64,000 nucleotides of DNA from Orbicella franksi (taxonomy: Eukaryota): the NCBI GenBank assembly GCA_964199315.1, contig OZ116701.1, positions 6,882,001-6,946,000 of the forward strand, given 5' to 3'. Positions 59,501 through 64,000 of the stretch are shown piece after piece. Made by a program: the position numbers and the translations under genes. Position 1 is the first letter of the stretch. Each line of letters begins with the position of its first letter. The notes under the pieces are model-generated. The model saw only the letters and a program-made list of their open reading frames with translations, did not search any database and was not told the DNA's origin.

Positions 59501-61076
59501 GTAGGTCCCTGGCACGCAGGAAAAGAGTTCGAAAAATTTTAGTAATAGGTAAAGGACTCCTGAAAAGCAAAAAGAACTCCCAAATCTTTGGAACTGGGGG
59601 TTCCAAGGACCCTCAACTATCAGAAATACAGTGGAACCCTGTTAATACGGACACCAAAGGGACATGATAAAGACTAGTGTCCACATCATCCAGGTGTCTG
59701 TATTAAGCAGGCTAATTTAAGAGAAAATATATGAGCTTTTTAGTTGTCACCTAGAAAACTGTTCTTTATAAGCGAGTGTCCAAAGAGCGGAGTTTCACTG
59801 TGATGGCAACTCTGGATCACGTCATAGTCTTATCTCTATTGCTGGTGGTCAGTTGGTACAGATAAAAATCTAGTCAGACCAGTGTGATGACACAATTTTG
59901 TTTCAAATGGCAGTTCTGTGACATGGTGGTTTTATGGTTAGTTCACTCGACTCCAGATCGAGCTAGCCGGGTTCAACCCCAGCTGGGAACACTATGTTGT
60001 GTTCTTGGGCAAGACACTTAACTCTCACAGTGCCCCTCTCCACCCAAGTGTTCAAATGCGCACTGGAAAATTTAATGCTGGGGGTTATCCTGTGATGGAA
60101 TAGCATCCCAGCCAGGGGGAAGTAGAAATGTTCCTAGTTGCTTCATGCAACAGAACGTGGCATAAGCTCCAGCCTAATGGGCCCCTTGGCTTGTATGCAG
60201 ACTTTACCCCTGCAGTTCTGTGATACTGTGATACCAGCAGACCTTGAACTGTCACTTCAAGTCAATTACCAATTGTAAAATACCTCTGAGGTCCAGATGA
60301 CTTCAAATGCTGCAGCATTTGCCAGCCAGCCACGATCATGGCAAAAACAATCATTCAGCAGTACAAAACGGACATTTCTTAATGTGTAACTACTAAATGA
60401 AGCAATGTTTGCAAAACTATTATAATTAAAAATATTTTAAAATATTGTTCACTTACTGTGAAGCTCTGACATCTGGCACATCCCTGTCAAAAGGAACCTT
60501 GTCGCTGGCTTCTTGATTGTAAGCATTACTAGCATAAGCGTCATCGCCTTTCTTAACCCTGGTGACTGCTAAATAGCCTTCTACGTCGAAATCTTCTATC
60601 CTACGACTATCTATTTCATCTGAATTTCCCCTTATCCCAACTAATTCATTCTAAAATAAAAGCAAAATTAGATTAGTTGGAAACAACGCTGAATGATAAA
60701 AGGTATTAACGATTTGAAGATTTCTTCCATCAATTACATGTAAGCTCATAAAAGCGTCACGTCGATTCCTTAACTGACAGAGTAAGCTTTACAATACACC
60801 GAATAAGATTTACAAAATATTGCAAATGAATGACATCAACTTATAGCACAAGACTTTCTTCAAACTTACATTGTCATCGTAAGTGTCTCTATTGTTGCTA
60901 TTCTGCTCAAAACGCCTCTCTTGAAAATCATCGTCACCAACTCTCAGACTATCGAAGCTCTCAGAGCGCGTATCGTCTTTTGACCCGGTCAAAGGAGCTA
61001 GAAAATAAATCATTCCTCCAAGCCATATTGCTACTAAAATAACTAGAATTGTTTTCCTTCGCCTCAGCAATTTCAT
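50531..61076 (-). CDS. GALNT2: Polypeptide N-acetylgalactosaminyltransferase, GALNT2-like, 15 exons, 579 aa
   Basis: Exons 61076-60870, 60650-60457, 58975-58877, 58121-58054, 57260-57195, 56711-56590, 55743-55656, 55189-55102, 54353-54250, 53594-53468, 52705-52613, 52407-52324, 51653-51524, 51220-51101 and 50680-50531. Total 1740 nt, phases consistent. Type II TM anchor; catalytic motifs [35 protein letters not shown]; C-terminal ricin lectin domain ([16 protein letters not shown]). Confidence 0.95.
52745..53039 (-). mobile_element. Interspersed repeat (290 bp), copy 2
   Basis: Inverted copy of 14699-14990. Confidence 0.7.
53062..53294 (-). mobile_element. SINE family 1, 5'-truncated copy
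   Basis: Core and tail similarity, with an internal C-rich expansion. Confidence 0.75.
54499..54790 (+). mobile_element. SINE family 3, longer copy
   Basis: Head GACTTGAAATCC..GGTTCAAGTCCC..CTGACCAC shared with 45720, followed by a body and an A-rich tail. Confidence 0.7.
56246..56542. mobile_element. TA-flanked MITE with an internal tandem duplication of about 130 bp
   Basis: TIR CAATCTTGGACA; TA flanks; two copies of AATAAATGGAACATTTGG..CATTGCTTT..ATTGTTCC. Confidence 0.75.
57839..58032. mobile_element. MITE with TIR of about 40 bp (GTTCCAGAAAATATCCATAC family)
   Basis: Inverted ends visible directly. A related copy lies at 19004-19184, with fragments near 54000 and 59100-59290. Confidence 0.7.
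59629..59801. mobile_element. pogo/Tigger-like MITE (CAGTGGAAC...GTTTCACTG)
   Basis: Short TIR preceded by TA. A related right end lies at about 58560-58633. Confidence 0.55.
59918..60210 (+). mobile_element. SINE family 1, full-length copy
   Basis: Same head, core and tail as 16047-16339. Confidence 0.85.
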
Positions 61077-61183
61077 TTCGTTTGACACTCAAACAGACTA
61101 CTACCATCAAAACATTTTCGGTAACACTTCATATAAATGGGTTAGCTATGCCGACGTGGAAGCCATATTTGCCAAGCTGAAGG

Positions 61184-61197
61184 GATGCCTAGGTAAC
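61184..61197. promoter_or_regulatory. RFX X-box-like motif GATGCCTAGGTAAC
   Basis: 13/14 match to the palindromic X-box GTTGCCTAGGTAAC, about 110 bp upstream of the GALNT2 ATG. Confidence 0.35.
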
Positions 61198-61566
61198 CAG
61201 GCAATACATAAGGAAGGTAAATGAAAAGTCTGTTCAGAGAGTCCACCAATCAGATTTCTCGATTGCGGGACCTGACTTTCTTAGCAGCGCTACAAAACCG
61301 AATTAACAGGTGTCCATTGCATCCTGCCCGTAATGTCAGGACCTCGGGCCGGTTCTCTCTCAGCACGGCTCCTTGCTTTGTCAATAACATTTATGGATGA
61401 GGTGCCTATGGAGTAAATAATTTGAAAATTAGGAATACCGTGATTTGTAATTTGTTCAAAATAATCTTGGAGACTTCAACCGCCAGCCGCCATGAACAAA
61501 AAAACAAATAAAACAAAGCACAAGTCATCACCAATCCTCTTAATACTCTGCTTCTGTTTCTGGTAA

Positions 61567-62325
61567 GGGACTGTGCAATAATTACCTGGAGGGGGTTGTT
61601 GGAAAATCAGAGGCGGTGGCGCATAGAAGAAAATGACAACAAGAGAGAGGGGGAATGGATGTAAAATTTAATACATACAGGAAGGGGGGGGGGGCATTAC
61701 TTTTTCATTCGTTTTTGCAAACTGGAAAAGTAGTGGAAGAGTTATTAGAGTTCAAATATAAAGCTAACATTGGAATGAAAGTGACAAATTTATCAACTCT
61801 AAGGTGTTCTGATCTATGAACTGTTGTTTTCCTATCTGTCATGCAGTAGGAAAGGAATGCCTCTGTTATATATGTTAAAACAGTGCTACTTTATTTGTAC
61901 TAGGATTTAATAAAACGGGAAACTTTAATTAAAAGTTGCAAAAGTAACACTATAATGTTATTCAATGAAAAACAAAAAAAAAAAAAAAAAAGATGCCAAT
62001 GTTAGCACACATGGCATCATAGTTAATTAGCAGAATGAAAAACCCCAGCTGTTGAAATTTTAATAGCAATACAAGAGTCATTTGAAGTGATGTTTCTACC
62101 GGAGGAAGAACTCCAACAAGTAAACTAGGTATGAGGGAATCAATGGGAGGAGACTTTTTTAAACGGGGAAGGCGGGGGGGGGGTGGGTAGCCTTAATATT
62201 TGCAATTAATTTTTGCCGTTAATGAGAGAGGGGTATGACTTAGTTTTGGGGCATATTTCACCCATTTCTCAGCCCCCTCCCCCCCCCCCCCCGCCCCTTT
62301 CTCCAGGTAATTATTGCACAGTCCC
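61567..62325. mobile_element. Young PIF/Harbinger-type MITE (759 bp)
   Basis: Perfect 25-bp TIR GGGACTGTGCAATAATTACCTGGAG and TAA TSD on both sides. Confidence 0.88.
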
Positions 62326-62522
62326 TAATAGTCTATCCTTCTCTCTACGTTCTATTTATATTTTTACCAAAATTTCTACTAATCTCGCAATCTAATTTGC
62401 TAATTTGTCGTTGTCGATGAGCGTTCAGACAACGCTGCTCGCGTAAATGTGTCACGCAATGCCTTTTTCAGCTCGCGGTCTTGAAAAAAAAACTTTCTTT
62501 ATTAGTTGATATTGTGGCAAAA

Positions 62523-62704
62523 ACAAGTCGAATGTGGTTGAGCGTTGTCTGTACTCTTATCGACAACGAGTACGCGTCATCACAGTGGTCAAAATGTTGT
62601 GGACTCACGAGGCTCCTATTGAGTCCACAATATTTTGACCACTGTTATGACGCGTACTCGTTGTCGATAAGGGTACAGACAACGCTAAACCACATTCGGC
62701 TTGT
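62523..62704. repeat. Long palindrome, 85-bp arms
   Basis: 62523-62607 is inverted at 62620-62704 with a few mismatches; 12-nt loop. Confidence 0.9.
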
Positions 62705-63030
62705 TAATTATACTATGTTAGGATAAGAATCAGAAATTGAAACGACAACGATTCATAATTATAATTTATCCTGACAGGCGTTATTACGGTTCAGGAAGCA
62801 ATCTTGACGGGTAGGCAACATTTGTCAAGTTTGTATGAGAATCCGATGGTACTCCCAATAGTTTTCAGTTAATAAACTGGAAACTAGACGATTTATGAAT
62901 AGCAAAGTTACCAGGCTAGGCAAAGGATCACATTAGCCAAATGTGAGCGATGAAGCTACGTTCACTCGCGTTTTCAATTTTCCATACATTTGTCTAATAT
63001 ATAGATTTAGGCCAGCCTAAAAGCACAGCT

Positions 63031-63247
63031 CCTGGGCCGGGTTTTTCAGAGCCCGATTAAGCTAACCCAGGATAAGGTAGAATTTGGATTTGAGTTTTGT
63101 AACCTTGCGTTGAGGTTTTCTGTATATTGTTTGGCCATATAAGCAAAACAAAGCAGCAAAAAACAGTTGTATAGAGGAAAAAGTTATAATTCCGTTGACT
63201 TTTAGTTGTGGGTTAGCGTTAACCGGCTTCCGAACAATCCTGCCCTG
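63031..63247. mobile_element. Degenerate MITE (C(T/A)GGGC ends, possibly hAT-like)
   Basis: Degenerate TIR of about 35 bp ending in GCTAACC. Confidence 0.5.
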
Positions 63248-64000
63248 TTTTCAACAAGTTAACCTGACATCAGCCCTCGATCCAATCGAAAACCAGCACT
63301 TGGTCAGCGGTCAACGTCAAAAAAAACAAGTAACTTCGATGGGCTGTAAACTTGAGCCCGCGATACTGGTCAGCGGATACCTTGTGTTGACAAGTGTCAA
63401 TTGATCATAACATGGACGTCCAATATCAAAGAGGTACACGGTAAACCAAGGCTGCATGTCTCTGTCAACCTAGTCCGTCGCCGTCGTGCGTGCGCGCCCA
63501 CGAGCAGCACCGCTAGCCATGTCAACCATGAGAAATCAACTCATGGGTTTCCTTTTCTTTCCTATATGAGTATGGGGCTCCGCTTGGCGGCCCTTCGGGC
63601 CGCCGGAGCTCCGCTATAATTTGTTTTCCGATCAATCAATCTTCATTTGCGCTCACTCTTGCTCAAAATAAGAAGTTTCCCTCGAAATAGGAAAATAAAA
63701 ACCCGACTGAACGCTTCTAGCACAGCTCCAACCCTCAAAATCCTTAAGTTTGCCAAGTATCTTAATTGCAGACCAAATCGGACCCCACTCAGTCGTATTA
63801 CAAATAACCCCCGAAGGGAGTACTCCCAGAAAAATTGAGTGTTGGTGTGCGGCCCGCTTCCCAAAACGCTTACCCTATTTATGACCAAAATCTGCTATTT
63901 TCCCTTCCCCATTTATGACCTGAACCAGGAGGGAGGGAGCGACTCTTTTGTTTTCCATTGTTGATTCTTGATTAAGTCATCGCTGCCAGTGTGACCTCAC

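Noticed and set aside
1-64000. Horizontally acquired bacterial or viral genes, or an autonomous transposase/RT
   Set aside because: Every long ORF is explained by spliced animal genes or repeats; no operon structure, DDE, RT or YR motifs were seen.

Overview
Eukaryotic, intron-rich, AT-rich genomic DNA. The gene families and repeat types point to a stony coral (Scleractinia); this is an inference. By hand-splicing GT-AG exons with consistent phases I recover the following. (1) Two tandem secreted PAN/Apple-EGF-USOMP5-like (fibrinogen-like) genes at <1-5698 and 9085-14225, plus an orphan exon of a third paralogue. (2) An 11-finger C2H2 zinc-finger gene with a single coding exon and Cys in place of the conserved helix Leu. 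(3) A complete 24-exon, 1158-aa CatSper-gamma (CATSPERG)-like sperm Ca2+ channel subunit at 26075-45123, which the ORF track shows only as fragments. (4) An intronless MRPL30. (5) A complete 15-exon, 579-aa GALNT2-like gene on the minus strand. Introns and intergenic DNA are packed with tRNA-derived SINEs, MITEs (TA, TWA, AT and TTAA target duplications) and palindromes. The most unusual signals are three unrelated 54-113 bp TA...TA hairpin elements that each carry a 9-bp target duplication, a strong TACATGTA enrichment confined to CpG-depleted gene-body DNA, a CpG-poor to CpG-rich switch inside CATSPERG, and a Cys-rich insert in the CatSper-gamma ectodomain. I found no CRISPR array, rRNA, functional tRNA, autonomous transposase or bacterial-like operon. 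All homology calls rest on remembered family motifs, not on database searches.
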